From assembly GCF_001194135.2 (NCBI RefSeq), contig NC_068984.1, forward strand, positions 102,102,146-102,166,145: DNA of 64,000 nucleotides, read 5' to 3'. The notes beneath the pieces were generated by a model, which saw only the letters and a list, made by a program, of their open reading frames with translations, was not told the origin of the DNA and ran no database searches. This DNA is from Octopus bimaculoides. Its lineage: Eukaryota. This document shows positions 53,001 through 60,445 of the stretch, in pieces. The position numbers and the translations under genes were made by a program. The first letter of the stretch is position 1. The number at the start of each line of letters is the position of its first letter.

Positions 53001-56000
53001 TAATTTCCCATGGCAAAAGTGTTTACAGTGAATTTTCTGGACATGTAGTTGAGCAATTTGGCAAAAGTAATGTCGCTTATCTTGATGTCAGCAAAATTTT
53101 CTTACTTATGCTTGATGTGAGAAAGTTATCTTCCTTTGATTCTTTTGGATTATTTCCTCTTCAGTGCTTCATCACAGTGTATATATATATATCAATATGG
53201 TTCTCTCTCCAACCCCCATTATATTAATTCTGGTGTGTGTCAGGATTTGGTTCAGTCTCCTATATTCTTTCTTCTGTAGATTAATAATCTGTTTAATGTC
53301 ACTTGTAATAACACTCGCTACCAGCCTTTACCTTTCTTTTACTCTCCACACAGACATTATCTACTATCTACATACCTCTTGCACTGTTTCTGTAATCACA
53401 AAATCTTGTATCACTACATGAAACTCTCTACATTTTCTTACAAAGACGAATGTTCCTGTCTTACTGAAGGCAAAAAATAAAGCTTAGTTCCATTGGTTTA
53501 TAAGCTATGGGTTCTTTTTTTTTTTACTAAAGTTCTATTATTATATGATATAGTTAATGAACCAGACTATTTATCTTTGAGTATTTGTGTTTATGTGTTC
53601 AAAATATGTACACATACATGTATAGGTATAATTTACTGCATATATGCTAGCTTCATATGATTAAATCTGCATTCATCTTTTATTAAATCTCAAACAGATG
53701 GAAGCTCCGAAAAGAGTAACTGGGACATTATTTTGTTAAATATTCAAATTCCTGAATTGAACCTGGCTGAATTTCTTGAAGAATGTCTACAGCAAGGTGC
53801 ATTCCTGACACTCCATGCTTACCTCATACAACAGCTTTCCTCAGCAACTGACTGTAGTGAAGAACAAGCTGTCATTTGGAAAGTGCTGGAATGGAGTACA
53901 AAAGGAAAATCTAGGTAAGCCTTCCATTTTTTTTGAGTCTATTTAAACCTGATAAAGTGTTCTAAATACTAATATTTTGGTTGATTGGAAGGCAGTGAGC
54001 TGGCAGAATCATTAGCATGCTGAGTAAAATGCTTAGCCGCATTTCGTCTGTACCAGTTGATCACTGGGGTCGATGTAAATGACTTACCCCCTCCCCCGAA
54101 CTTGCTGGCCTTGTGCCAAAATTTGAAAGTAATATTTTGGTTGATTGCACAAAATGCTTAGCAGCATTTCCTCCAACTCTTTATATTCTGACTTCAAATA
54201 TTGCCAAAGTTGACTTTGCTTTTCATGCTTTCAGGGGCAATCAAATAATCACTGGGTTTGATGTAACCAACTTCCCACTCCTCTTAAAATTGCTGGCCTT
54301 GTGCCAAAATTTGAAAGAAATATTTTGATTGATTGTCAAAAATTTTAACTTACTATGTAATGCAAAATTTTATTATTTTCACTTTTGACATCTCACTAAC
54401 ATCATTGTATTTATCTGCTCTATCTCACTTGGAAAGTAATTCTATTACAATGAGAGGATGCTGAAAAGTTCCTGGCTTTGGGTAAAAGAAAATACAAGAG
54501 GATCAGTTTATTATCATTCACACACCTATTGCAGTTAATTGATTCATACACCTACTGCAGTAGGCCTTCAGTTTTTCTAAGCCCTGTAAAAGAACTCAGA
54601 AGATTGGGTTTCCAACCAGGCTTTTTGTGATACCCTAAAAGTCAAGGACTTATCAGCACCCCCTTGTATACAAGCTTACAGGAGACCTTCTGTTTCCAAC
54701 ATTCTCTTAATCTTACATTCTACTTTTTTCAAAATGTACGTCTCTCAGTTTTGACATTTTATTAAATTTCTTTCTTTATCTCTTTAGTAGTGACAATGAA
54801 GGAAAAATGCTACTGTGGTGGCACAAATGCTTTTGTCAGATGATTTCCCAACTGGAGAATAATACTTGTTCCACTACAGACATTGCACAGATACTATCAG
54901 CATTCATTCACATGTTGACTCCATTGGCTGAAGATAAAGACACAACTGGTATCCTTGGAGCTATTGGTTTAGGCAGAAGGTCCACTTTGTCTATCAAGTA
55001 AGGCATACTTTTCCCTTTGGTGATAATAGTTTTCTTGTAACGATTATTTGCCAATCTAATGTGGCAGTCCTGTTTGGGGCGAATTCTACTGTTGTTTAAC
55101 CCCAGGAAACATTGTCTCCAGCTGGCTATATGACACATGATCTGTGTCCTTATATTTTCGAACAGGGGATATTTGTTTATGCATGTCTATAAAGGACACA
55201 GATCGTGTGTTCTATAGTCAGCTGGAGACGATGTCTCCTGGGGCTAAACAACAGTAGCATTCGCCCCAAAATGGGACTGCCACATTAGGTTGGCAAATAA
55301 TCATTACTTTCAAGAGCTGTTACTGAATATCTCTCGTTGAGAGATTTAAGAACAATAGTTTTCTTGTACTAATACTTGCATATATATTTATGTGTGTGTG
55401 TAGATATATATATATATAAGGAGAGTATTGCATTATGTAAATAATATTTTCAGAAGTCAAACATGTATAGTAATAAACAAACAAACGGAAAAAAGACACA
55501 GAAGGTCAAGTTGGAAAACATACACTAAATGCACAGATAAACAGAGAACAAAGGCAGAAGGTCACCAACTCCTCATCAGTTATTGGCCAGCGGGGTCAAG
55601 TGCAATTTCATGCCATTATTGATAATATTATTTCCACCTTGGAGATAACCAGCAAGAGAACTTGTTGGAATGTGACCAAGACATAACAAAACAAAATGAG
55701 ATGGATGTATTCCTTGTTCATCCTTGTTTGTCCATTTTGTTTTGTTTTATGTTCAGTCATCTTGCATGCCACCTTGGGCAAGTGTCTTCTCCTGTAGCCT
55801 TGGATTTGATAGCTGGAAAGTGAAAGAAGCTTGTCTTATGTATGTATGTCTTTGTCTCCCACCATCACTTGACAACTGGTGCTGGTTTGTTTATGACCTT
55901 GAAACCTAATGTTTCAGCATAAAGAGACTGATAGAATAAGTATCAGGCTTAAAAGGAAAAGTACTAGGAATGAGTTATTTGACTAAACTCTTCAAGGCCA

Positions 56001-57573
56001 CAGCGTGGCCACTGTCCAGTAACTGAAACAAGTAAAGGATATATATATGCATGTATGTGTGTATATATATATATGTGTGCGTGTGTGTGTGTTTATATAT
56101 GTGAATGTGTGTGGTTATATATGTGAAAGTGTGTGTGTATATATATATATTTGTATTCATGCATACATAAGCACATATATGTATATATCAAACTATATAG
56201 ACATACTTATTTAGACGTGTATAAACATATATACACTTATGTATGTACATGTATAGTCACACACACACACACATATTTACATGTGTATTTTATGTATATA
56301 GATATGTATGTATATGGCCATATCGTTAAACTTGTTTTTCAACCACGTGGTCTTGGGTTCAGTCCCACTGCATGACATCTTGGGCCAGTGTCTCCCACTG
56401 TAGCCTCAGTTTGCTGAAAGTATTGGCAGTCAGAAACTTAAAGAAGCGTGTTGTATATGTAAATATATGTATATGTTTGTGTGTTAAATCTTGACAATGT
56501 GATGGTAGAATATCTGCAACAAATTCCATTTGACCCATGAAAATATCTAAAAGTTGTCATTAAACAATAATAATGATGATATATTGCTTGAAAGACTAGA
56601 ATGAAGAGGTCTGAAGTAGAACATAGATTGGCTGCCACCAGTTTAGTTAATTTATGACTGAGCTCATATAATCTTGCACATACATTCAAAGCTATTTACT
56701 AGACTGCTTTTGAAAGCTGAATTGAAGGCTATTATCACAAGTCAGTATAGAAGTTCAACTCTATATAATTATATTCTCATACTCATATACAGGTGTATGC
56801 CATTGTGTGCATATATACTTACTCTTCTACTTGTTTCAGTCATTTGACTGCGGCCATGCTGGAGCACCGCCTTTAGTCGAGCTTATCGACCCCAGGACTT
56901 ATTCTTTGTGAGCCTTGTACTTATTCTATCGGTCTCTTTTGCCGAACCGCTAAGTTAAGGGGACGTAAACACATCACCATTGGTTGTCAAGTGATGTTGG
57001 AGGGACAAATACATATACATACATATATACGATGGGCTTCTTTCAGTTTACGTATACCAAATCCACTCACAAGGCTTTGGCCGGCCTGAGGCTATAGTAG
57101 AAGACACTTGCCCAAGGTGCCACGCAGTGGGAATGAACCCGGAACCATGTGGTTGGTAAGCAAGCTACTTACCACACAGCCACTCCTACGCCTTGTTAAT
57201 GAAATAAAATAAACAATATGATTAATTAGTGTGTAATAATAATTTGTATTTGTTTTTCAGATTCCGGCTCACCTGTCGTGCTTTGTATGTATTTCTGCAA
57301 ACCACACTCCATCCTGATCTGACTTTACGAGTTCATCCAGAGATGTCTATTGTATTGCACTCACCTGGTAAACAAGCACTGAATGCCCTCCGAAACCTTA
57401 AAACTAACCGACAGTATTGTTCATTGATAACCACTGTAAACTACTGTTCAGATTTTGTTGTCAACCCGGCCAATGTTTTCCATGATTCTGTGAAACTTTT
57501 GGAATATCTAGCACGTTCTTTTTATTCTCACAAAGGTTATTGGGCAGTGAATTTACCTCCACTCACACCTTGA
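1585..57573 (+). CDS. EPG5: EPG5 autophagy tethering factor, 5'-partial spliced gene (33 coding exons, 5406 nt, 1801 aa in window)
   Basis: All 33 exons have AG/GT boundaries and matching phases, and their sum is divisible by 3. The translation is colinear with recalled vertebrate EPG5 motifs: [76 protein letters not shown]. Confidence 0.95.
1957..2376 (-). mobile_element. tRNA-derived SINE, family A (internal TA/CA microsatellite)
   Basis: Reverse complement matches the well-preserved copies at 34186-34639 and 56816-57192. Confidence 0.85.
2425..2917 (+). mobile_element. tRNA-derived SINE, family A
   Basis: GGTTCAGTCCCACT B-box-like motif, GGGCAAGTGTCTTCTACTATAGCC core and CCAGCATGGCCGCAGTC tail are shared with the other copies. 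Confidence 0.85.
3049..3917 (+). mobile_element. Mariner transposon, internally deleted; transposase remnant 3233-3838
   Basis: TIRs TATTGGGTCATCCC(C/A)TAAATAATG with TA ends; HTH N-terminus (ILLHEFNKG...[20 protein letters not shown]) and catalytic C-terminus ([24 protein letters not shown]). Confidence 0.93.
4684..4848 (+). CDS. EPG5: EPG5 exon 2 (0 to 0)
   Basis: gacag|ATG...GAG|gtatga; [28 protein letters not shown]...LNWGLNKE. Confidence 0.95.
4941..5140. other. Assembly gap (200 N); 10-N gaps at 1469-1478 and 2695-2704
   Basis: Runs of N in the sequence. Confidence 1.
5340..5695. mobile_element. Two family-B SINE remnants head-to-head (minus about 5340-5440, plus about 5470-5695)
   Basis: AAATGCTTAG, TTTCATCCTTTC...GATAAAATAAGTACCAGTT and GGCCTTGTGC motifs recur in more than 12 copies in the window. 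Confidence 0.75.
6056..6178 (+). CDS. EPG5: EPG5 exon 3 (0 to 0)
   Basis: tttcag|AAC...CAG|gtagag; [41 protein letters not shown]. Confidence 0.92.
6348..6607 (+). CDS. EPG5: EPG5 exon 4 (0 to 2)
   Basis: cacag|GTG...GA|gtaagt; ...[15 protein letters not shown]...[15 protein letters not shown]. Confidence 0.94.
6925..7507 (+). mobile_element. RTE-clade LINE 3' end (ORF end EKTQQLK*, tandem GGCACGTAAAAAGCAC units, (GAT)n tail)
   Basis: The same 3' region follows recognisable RTE RT C-termini at 21195-21775 and 27186-27710. Confidence 0.85.
7666..7806 (+). CDS. EPG5: EPG5 exon 5 (2 to 2)
   Basis: ttcag|T GTT...GA|gtgagt; [15 protein letters not shown]...[14 protein letters not shown]. Confidence 0.93.
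8401..8612 (+). mobile_element. piggyBac-type MITE, degenerate
   Basis: Internal sequence shared with the copies at 13331, 13870, 32092 and 42426. Confidence 0.65.
9985..10215 (-). mobile_element. tRNA-derived SINE, family C (another partial copy about 11015-11155)
   Basis: TTGCTCAAGAACACAA and CACTAAGCCA match the intact copy at 44655-44942. Confidence 0.75.
10385..10505 (+). CDS. EPG5: EPG5 exon 6 (2 to 0)
   Basis: tgcag|G TTC...CTG|gtaaag; [40 protein letters not shown]. Confidence 0.9.
10616..10713 (+). CDS. EPG5: EPG5 exon 7 (0 to 2)
   Basis: attag|ACT...AG|gtaatt; [32 protein letters not shown]; required to bridge the phases of exons 6 and 8. Confidence 0.88.
11725..11945 (+). mobile_element. 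SINE family B (similar plus-strand copies at about 12365-12562, 24549-24775, 34945-35148, 46158-46380, 46895-47066, 50415-50552 and 53988-54322)
   Basis: Shared GGCAGAAT...AAATGCTTAG...TTCTGAGTTCAAAT...GTCGACTTTGCCTTTCATCC...AAGTACCAGTT body and (ATT)n-like tail. Confidence 0.85.
12775..12871 (+). CDS. EPG5: EPG5 exon 8 (2 to 0)
   Basis: gatag|A AAC...CAA|gtaaga; [32 protein letters not shown]. Confidence 0.9.
13331..13558 (+). mobile_element. piggyBac-type MITE (next copy 13870-14090)
   Basis: TTAA-CCCTTTAG...TGCTAAAAGT-TTAA termini. Confidence 0.75.
14230..14463 (+). CDS. EPG5: EPG5 exon 9 (0 to 0)
   Basis: tttcag|TGT...AAG|gttagt; ...[16 protein letters not shown]...[16 protein letters not shown]... 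Confidence 0.94.
14862..15028 (+). CDS. EPG5: EPG5 exon 10 (0 to 2)
   Basis: ttcag|AAA...AG|gtatat; [35 protein letters not shown]. Confidence 0.96.
16711..16862 (+). CDS. EPG5: EPG5 exon 11 (2 to 1)
   Basis: cacag|C TTA...G|gtgagt; [35 protein letters not shown]. Confidence 0.93.
18677..18791 (+). CDS. EPG5: EPG5 exon 12 (1 to 2), poorly conserved linker
   Basis: ttttag|AA TCT...AA|gtgagt; [37 protein letters not shown]; phases fit both neighbours. Confidence 0.85.
19992..20115 (+). CDS. EPG5: EPG5 exon 13 (2 to 0)
   Basis: ttcag|C TTA...AAG|gtgggt; [37 protein letters not shown]. Confidence 0.94.
21195..21775 (+). mobile_element. RTE-clade LINE 3' end
   Basis: [26 protein letters not shown]...EKIHPTK* followed by the 3' UTR and (GAT)n tail. 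Confidence 0.88.
22134..22281 (+). CDS. EPG5: EPG5 exon 14 (0 to 1)
   Basis: tgcag|AGT...G|gttagt; [26 protein letters not shown]... Confidence 0.88.
22690..23300 (-). mobile_element. RTE/BovB-like LINE remnant
   Basis: Minus-strand [22 protein letters not shown] resembles the C-terminal CxxC...SxIGLxSH motif of RTE-BovB ORFs; the upper boundary is uncertain. Confidence 0.65.
23461..23616. repeat. Minisatellite, 8 units of 18-20 bp, consensus TAAAATCAATAAGGTGATCA
   Basis: Read directly; adjacent units with no spacers. Confidence 0.9.
23677..23848 (+). CDS. EPG5: EPG5 exon 15 (1 to 2)
   Basis: ttctag|CC ACA...AG|gtaata; [30 protein letters not shown]...[10 protein letters not shown]. Confidence 0.93.
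24793..26062 (-). mobile_element. Full-length mariner transposon with disrupted transposase (about 24871-25890, minus)
   Basis: 36-bp TIRs TATTA(T/G)GTTGTCCGGAAAGTTCTGAGTGTTTTTAAT with 1 mismatch and TA ends; motifs [60 protein letters not shown] and FQQDDA; contains stops and frameshifts. Confidence 0.95.
26500..26950 (-). mobile_element. RTE LINE reverse-transcriptase C-terminal remnant
   Basis: Degenerate minus-strand translation of the RTE C-terminus ([15 protein letters not shown]-like region) similar to 21195 and 62045. Confidence 0.7.
27045..27135 (+). CDS. EPG5: EPG5 exon 16 (2 to 0)
   Basis: ttcag|A AAT...CAG|gtatat; [30 protein letters not shown]. Confidence 0.92.
27186..27710 (-). 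mobile_element. RTE LINE 3' end, antisense
   Basis: (ATC)n tail at about 27186-27210, TTTCCATGCTGG, GCCCTTCCTAATGCC and GTGCTTTTTATGTG units, then the RT C-terminus. Confidence 0.85.
28150..28710 (+). mobile_element. RTE LINE 3' UTR, sense (further sense fragments at about 41630-41856, 43540-43630 and 45095-45292)
   Basis: GTAAAAAGCAC units, GGCATTAAGAAGAGCATCCGGCTGTAGAAACCATGCC and a (GAT/GGT)n tail. Confidence 0.85.
28981..29031 (-). ncRNA. Minimal type I hammerhead ribozyme motif (G3:C8 core variant), antisense to EPG5
   Basis: Minus strand reads UUUGUCA-GUGAACA-G-GUCGC-GGUCUCAAA-GCGAC-GAA-AGUAUU-U-UGACAAA: perfect 7-bp stem I, 5-bp stem II, NUH site. Confidence 0.75.
29049..29099 (+). 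ncRNA. Minimal type I hammerhead ribozyme motif (G3:C8 core variant), sense to EPG5
   Basis: Plus strand reads UUUAUCA-GUGAACA-G-GUCGU-GGUCUCAAA-GCGAC-GAA-AAUAUU-U-UGACAAA; palindromic AAUAUU in place of helix III. Confidence 0.75.
29448..29525 (+). CDS. EPG5: EPG5 exon 17 (0 to 0)
   Basis: gatag|GTA...AGA|gtaagt; [26 protein letters not shown]. Confidence 0.88.
30029..30355 (-). mobile_element. Solo LTR (327 bp) inserted into the head of a minus-strand family-B SINE (about 29860-30375)
   Basis: Termini TTTAGT...ACTACA (1 mismatch from TGTAGT...ACTACA); CTCT duplication at 30025-30028 and 30356-30359; minus-strand AATAAA at 30138-30143. Confidence 0.75.
30390..30912 (+). mobile_element. Tc1-family transposon 3' fragment (frameshifted transposase)
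   Basis: [40 protein letters not shown] and [11 protein letters not shown] motifs; ends CATTATTTTGTCC...CTGTA. Confidence 0.88.
30906..31072. mobile_element. Possible pogo/Tigger-type MITE
   Basis: TACTGTAAGTCCTCGAGAATAG...CGTATATACGGTA ends resemble TACCGTA-type TIRs, but only imperfectly. Confidence 0.45.
31265..31407 (+). CDS. EPG5: EPG5 exon 18 (0 to 2)
   Basis: tacag|GTA...AC|gtaagt; [14 protein letters not shown]...[17 protein letters not shown]. Confidence 0.93.
32092..32304 (-). mobile_element. piggyBac-type MITE with TTAA TSD (another minus copy at 42426-42651)
   Basis: TTAA-CCCTTTAGCA...TGTTAAAGGG-TTAA. Confidence 0.85.
33016..33184 (+). CDS. EPG5: EPG5 exon 19 (2 to 0)
   Basis: ttcag|T ACA...CAG|gtaagt; ...[36 protein letters not shown]. 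Confidence 0.96.
33458..33649 (+). CDS. EPG5: EPG5 exon 20 (0 to 0)
   Basis: tgcag|GAA...AAG|gtaagt; ...[12 protein letters not shown]...MYEKL...DMAFMLLSK. Confidence 0.95.
33733..34028. mobile_element. hAT (Charlie-like) MITE
   Basis: TIR CAGTGGTTCTCAACC / GGTTGAGAACCAATA; 8-bp TSD CCTTAGAC (33725-33732) and CCTTTGAC (34029-34036). Confidence 0.85.
34186..34639 (+). mobile_element. Well-preserved full-length SINE, family A
   Basis: A-box-like TGGCTGTGTGG and B-box-like GGTTCAGTCC; CpGs retained; AAAAGAGT tail; TAACCA flanks both ends (possible TSD). Confidence 0.9.
35817..36036 (+). mobile_element. Mariner-derived MITE (220 bp)
   Basis: TACAAGGGAGTGCTGAAA...TTTCAGCACCGCCTCGTA termini; retains the transposase C-terminus [21 protein letters not shown]. 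Confidence 0.85.
36259..36390 (+). CDS. EPG5: EPG5 exon 21 (0 to 0)
   Basis: cttag|TTC...GAG|gtgagt; [35 protein letters not shown]. Confidence 0.93.
38563..38644 (+). CDS. EPG5: EPG5 exon 22 (0 to 1)
   Basis: tgcag|CTG...G|gtcagt; [27 protein letters not shown]. Confidence 0.9.
40303..40469 (+). CDS. EPG5: EPG5 exon 23 (1 to 0)
   Basis: tatag|TT TCA...CAG|gtcagt; [19 protein letters not shown]...LSSHQ. Confidence 0.9.
40600..41160 (-). mobile_element. CR1/L2-like LINE RT remnant
   Basis: DFTKIFDK and [14 protein letters not shown] resemble the RT motifs DFSKAFD and SGVPQGSVLGPLLF. Confidence 0.6.
41286..41478 (+). CDS. EPG5: EPG5 exon 24 (0 to 1)
   Basis: tccag|CTG...G|gtaagt; ...SFFMEQRL...[15 protein letters not shown]. 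Confidence 0.94.
42885..43061 (+). CDS. EPG5: EPG5 exon 25 (1 to 1)
   Basis: tttag|TG ATT...T|gtaagt; ...[11 protein letters not shown]...[23 protein letters not shown]. Confidence 0.94.
44072..44259 (+). CDS. EPG5: EPG5 exon 26 (1 to 0)
   Basis: tacag|CT TTA...ACT|gtaagt; ...LGRLWIFY...[21 protein letters not shown]. Confidence 0.93.
44655..44942 (-). mobile_element. tRNA-derived SINE, family C, near full length
   Basis: Minus strand: TGGCTTAGTGG (A box), GAGTTCAATTCC (B box), then a GTGTCCTTGAGCAA core. Confidence 0.85.
45688..45876 (+). CDS. EPG5: EPG5 exon 27 (0 to 0)
   Basis: cacag|ATT...TTT|gtaagt; ...[17 protein letters not shown]...[10 protein letters not shown]. Confidence 0.92.
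46998..47066. repeat. (ATT)n microsatellite, SINE tail
   Basis: About 23 perfect units ending 50 nt before the exon 28 acceptor. Confidence 0.95.
47117..47274 (+). CDS. EPG5: EPG5 exon 28 (0 to 2)
   Basis: tccag|ACT...CG|gttagt; ...[32 protein letters not shown]. Confidence 0.92.
49935..50405 (+). mobile_element. R4/Dong-type non-LTR retrotransposon 3' end (restriction-like endonuclease domain, degenerate)
   Basis: [57 protein letters not shown]; a small YADD RT fragment lies at 49820-49831. Confidence 0.8.
50700..50899 (+). CDS. EPG5: EPG5 exon 29 (2 to 1)
   Basis: tgtag|C TTG...G|gtaagg; LIKSASKF...[16 protein letters not shown]. Confidence 0.91.
51984..52110 (+). mobile_element. CR1/L2-like RT fragment (further pieces about 52955-53450)
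   Basis: [12 protein letters not shown]...[14 protein letters not shown]; YLDVSKIF and INSGVCQD downstream. Confidence 0.7.
52394..52642 (+). CDS. EPG5: EPG5 exon 30 (1 to 1)
   Basis: tccag|TT GCT...G|gtttgt; ...[31 protein letters not shown]. Confidence 0.95.
53698..53914 (+). CDS. EPG5: EPG5 exon 31 (1 to 2)
   Basis: aacag|AT GGA...AG|gtaagc; [35 protein letters not shown]. Confidence 0.96.
54446..54668 (-). mobile_element. Mariner-derived MITE, same family as 35817-36036 (partial copy about 1325-1435)
   Basis: GCTGAAAAGTTCCTGGCTTT / AAAGTCAAGGACTTATCAGCACCCCCTTGTA TIRs with TA ends. Confidence 0.8.
54788..54997 (+). CDS. EPG5: EPG5 exon 32 (2 to 2); the start could be 54791 (tandem TAGTAG acceptor)
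   Basis: tttag|T AGT...AA|gtaagg; [12 protein letters not shown]...[16 protein letters not shown]. Confidence 0.94.
55037..55307. repeat. Long inverted repeat (about 120-bp arms, about 30-nt loop) flanked by a 15-bp direct repeat
   Basis: Arms 55037-55155 and 55188-55307 align by hand at roughly 88-90%; AATAGTTTTCTTGTA at 55025-55039 and 55354-55368. Confidence 0.9.
56816..57192 (-). mobile_element. Well-preserved SINE, family A, antisense, ending 68 nt before the last-exon acceptor
   Basis: Reverse complement is closely similar to 34186-34639; degenerate sense copies lie in the same intron (about 55745-56040 and 56315-56450). Confidence 0.9.
57261..57573 (+). CDS. EPG5: EPG5 last coding exon (2 to TGA stop)
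   Basis: tttcag|A TTC CGG...CCT TGA; [12 protein letters not shown]...[16 protein letters not shown]...[10 protein letters not shown]. Confidence 0.96.
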
Positions 57574-58461
57574 CTCTTTAATAATTCCAGAGATAACTGT
57601 CTTTATTTCTTCATTTACTCTTCCCCATTGGCTCAACCAACTAAAATTATGTTGGTCAACTGAGTTTCCTCCCCTTTTTTTAAGGCTGTTTCAGTCCCTC
57701 CCTTGTTCACTTGCTGAGGAGGGTAAAATTTTAGTTACCTCTTTTTTTTTTTATTATTAGTTTTAAACATCTTGTATACTATATATTGCTGAAATATTAT
57801 ATTCCAAGATCTTCAAATGTTACTATTATTAACTTACTCTAATGAGCTTTGGAAAACACTGAAATATCACATTAACTAAAAAAAAATATTTAGATGACTT
57901 TTACAAAATAAGTTATATGTAAAAAAATATTTTGTTTAATGTCCATGACATTAATATATATATAAAATGATGCAGCCAAAATTTATTTTAAGAAGAACGG
58001 CTTAAGTATGTATACCTGTAAAAGGTGGGTGGTTTTTCTCTTCATACCTTAACATTTAACTCTTTCCTCAATGCCATACAATGCACATGAGGTAGACAAG
58101 CACTCATAACCATTTGGAAGTTACTTTTTCCATATCTTGTTGATAGATATGTCTAAAAAAAAATAATAATAATCAATCTGCAATAGCTCTATAATTCTTG
58201 TGTGCAGATCATGTAAAATAGCTGGATTTTCTGTTTCCCTTTTTCTTACTGTGTATATCAGCATGTGGATATGTGTTTGAAGTCAATGTCTTATGAAGGT
58301 ATCAATTATCATTTTTAAACCAGACACAACTTCCTTATGTATCGGTCACAGACATATGTCTGGAAAACATATCATATATTTATTTGTCTTTCATTAAATG
58401 TTCAAATATTTGAATATATGTGAATTAACGCATATATATGTACATACACACTCTCACAAAT

Positions 58462-58493
<32 letters not shown>

Positions 58494-58770
58494 GTGAAAA
58501 TATTGTATAAAAATACCTTTTGTATATTTTGAAATTCCACAACTGTTTTCTTTATTTATTCATTTTTTTTGTATATGTGTACCACTCGAGTTATTGTAGT
58601 TCTTTTCTTTTTCTCAACTGTCTTGTTTTTAGTTTAAAATATGAAATCTACCTTCATGCCTATTGAAGCTGTTCAGTGTACAGAAGTATGCTAAACTGCC
58701 ATTGTTGCTCATCTCAATAACTCACTGAGACAATATGATGCAAAAATAAATTATAAGCTTTTGTTATTGT
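57574..58770 (+). other. Probable EPG5 3' UTR, end uncertain
   Basis: AT-rich sequence without recognisable repeats after the stop codon; AATAAA at 58745-58750, with further candidate signals near 59300 and 59680. Confidence 0.4.
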
Positions 58771-59884
58771 CTTTCAAATTTCTTTGGATACCATTTCTTA
58801 AAAAAAATATACAATCTGATTTTAATAGATCTGCAAAACAATGGAATGTGTCATTTTACATCAGTTGAAGAAGTTCTCCATTTATAGTAGATGCAGTAGA
58901 AATCTTGCTGGTGTTCGGGGTTGATATAAAGCAAAGTTTTTTTTAAACCTACACATGTTTCAATGAATTCTCTTTAATATCATTCATATATCTTAGAATG
59001 GAATCATCACCCAGAGTAATTTATGTTATTAATTCATCATTATAAGCTGAACATTACATTAATTATTTGGAAATCTACATATGACAAAATAAGTTTATTA
59101 TGATATTGGAAAAACATAAATTATGAAAATTACCTGAATTGCAATTCAGCTGAGTTTTGATAATTTCAAATTTTTAATCAACTTTAATTATTCTGTAAGT
59201 CTTTGTTCAAAATTTGAGACTGCTTTCATTGTGGTAACAGATATTTTATTAAAGGAACATTAATTGTTCTCTCAAATGGATTTCTGAACTATAGAGAAAT
59301 AAATATAAACATGTTTTTTTCTATATATAATCAGTTTCTTTCCATATTGTTTCTAATCATTAAATAATGTTATTGACAATACCTGTCTTTCTTTGAATGC
59401 TGGCATTGGTTCTGTTTTAATGAGTCACATAGCCTTGTTTTACAAGAAAGAGAGGAAGAGATTTGATAGTATAAGCAGCAACCAAGAGGAGAAAATATCT
59501 ACAATTAAGAATTCAAACTGGGTTGTAGCCTTATACTATAAACTGGTTATCTTTACTCTATGAAACATATTTGGATATAGAGTATTGATTAAACTTGCAA
59601 TGAATTTCTCTGAGTGGCAACGAAGAATCTATAGTCGATAATGATGAACAAAATTAAAATATATTTTAGTAATTGGAATAAATATCTAAAAGAACCCTGT
59701 TATGTATGCAAAGAATGATATCTCATTAAAACAAAAACTGTAACTAATGAAGTTATAAGTAATTTGGTAGATTATTGTGTTTCCAATTGATTCTATTACA
59801 GAATAACCAATGTAAACAATCACAGAAGTGGTTGATAACAGTTGATTACAGATGTTTATGATAGCTGAGTCTTTTAAATGAAGT

Positions 59885-60445
59885 TATGGTTATTAGCACA
59901 CTAGGGAAAATGCTTAACAGTATTTCGTCTGTCTTAATGTTCTGAGTTCAAATTCTGCCAAGATCAACTTTGCTTTTCATACTTCCAGGGTTGATAAAAT
60001 AAGTACCAGTTGAGCACTGGGGGTTGACGTAATTGACTAGCCCCTCCCCCCAAATCACTGGCCTTGTGCCAAAAAGTGAAACCATTATTATTAATAAGGC
60101 GGTGAACTGGCAGAACTGTTAGCATGTAGGGATAAATGCTTAGCAGCATTTTGGCTATCTTTACGTTCTGAGTTCAAATTCTGTCAAGATCAATTTTGCT
60201 TTCCATCCTTTCAGGGTTGATAAAATAAGTACTAATCAATTTACGTTCAACCCCCAAAATTTCTTCCAAAATTTGAAATCATTATTATTAAGGCATTGAG
60301 CTGGCAGAATCATAGCACCAGACAAAAATGCTTAGATTCTGAGTTCGAATTCTACCGAGGTCAGCTTTGCGTTTCATCCTTTTGGGGGTCAATGAAATAA
60401 GTACCAGTTGTGCACTGAGGTTGATGTAATCTTCTTACCCTTTCA
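59885..60445 (+). mobile_element. Three head-to-tail family-B SINEs
   Basis: Heads at about 59885, 60096 and 60289; each new head follows the ATT-rich tail of the previous copy. Confidence 0.8.
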
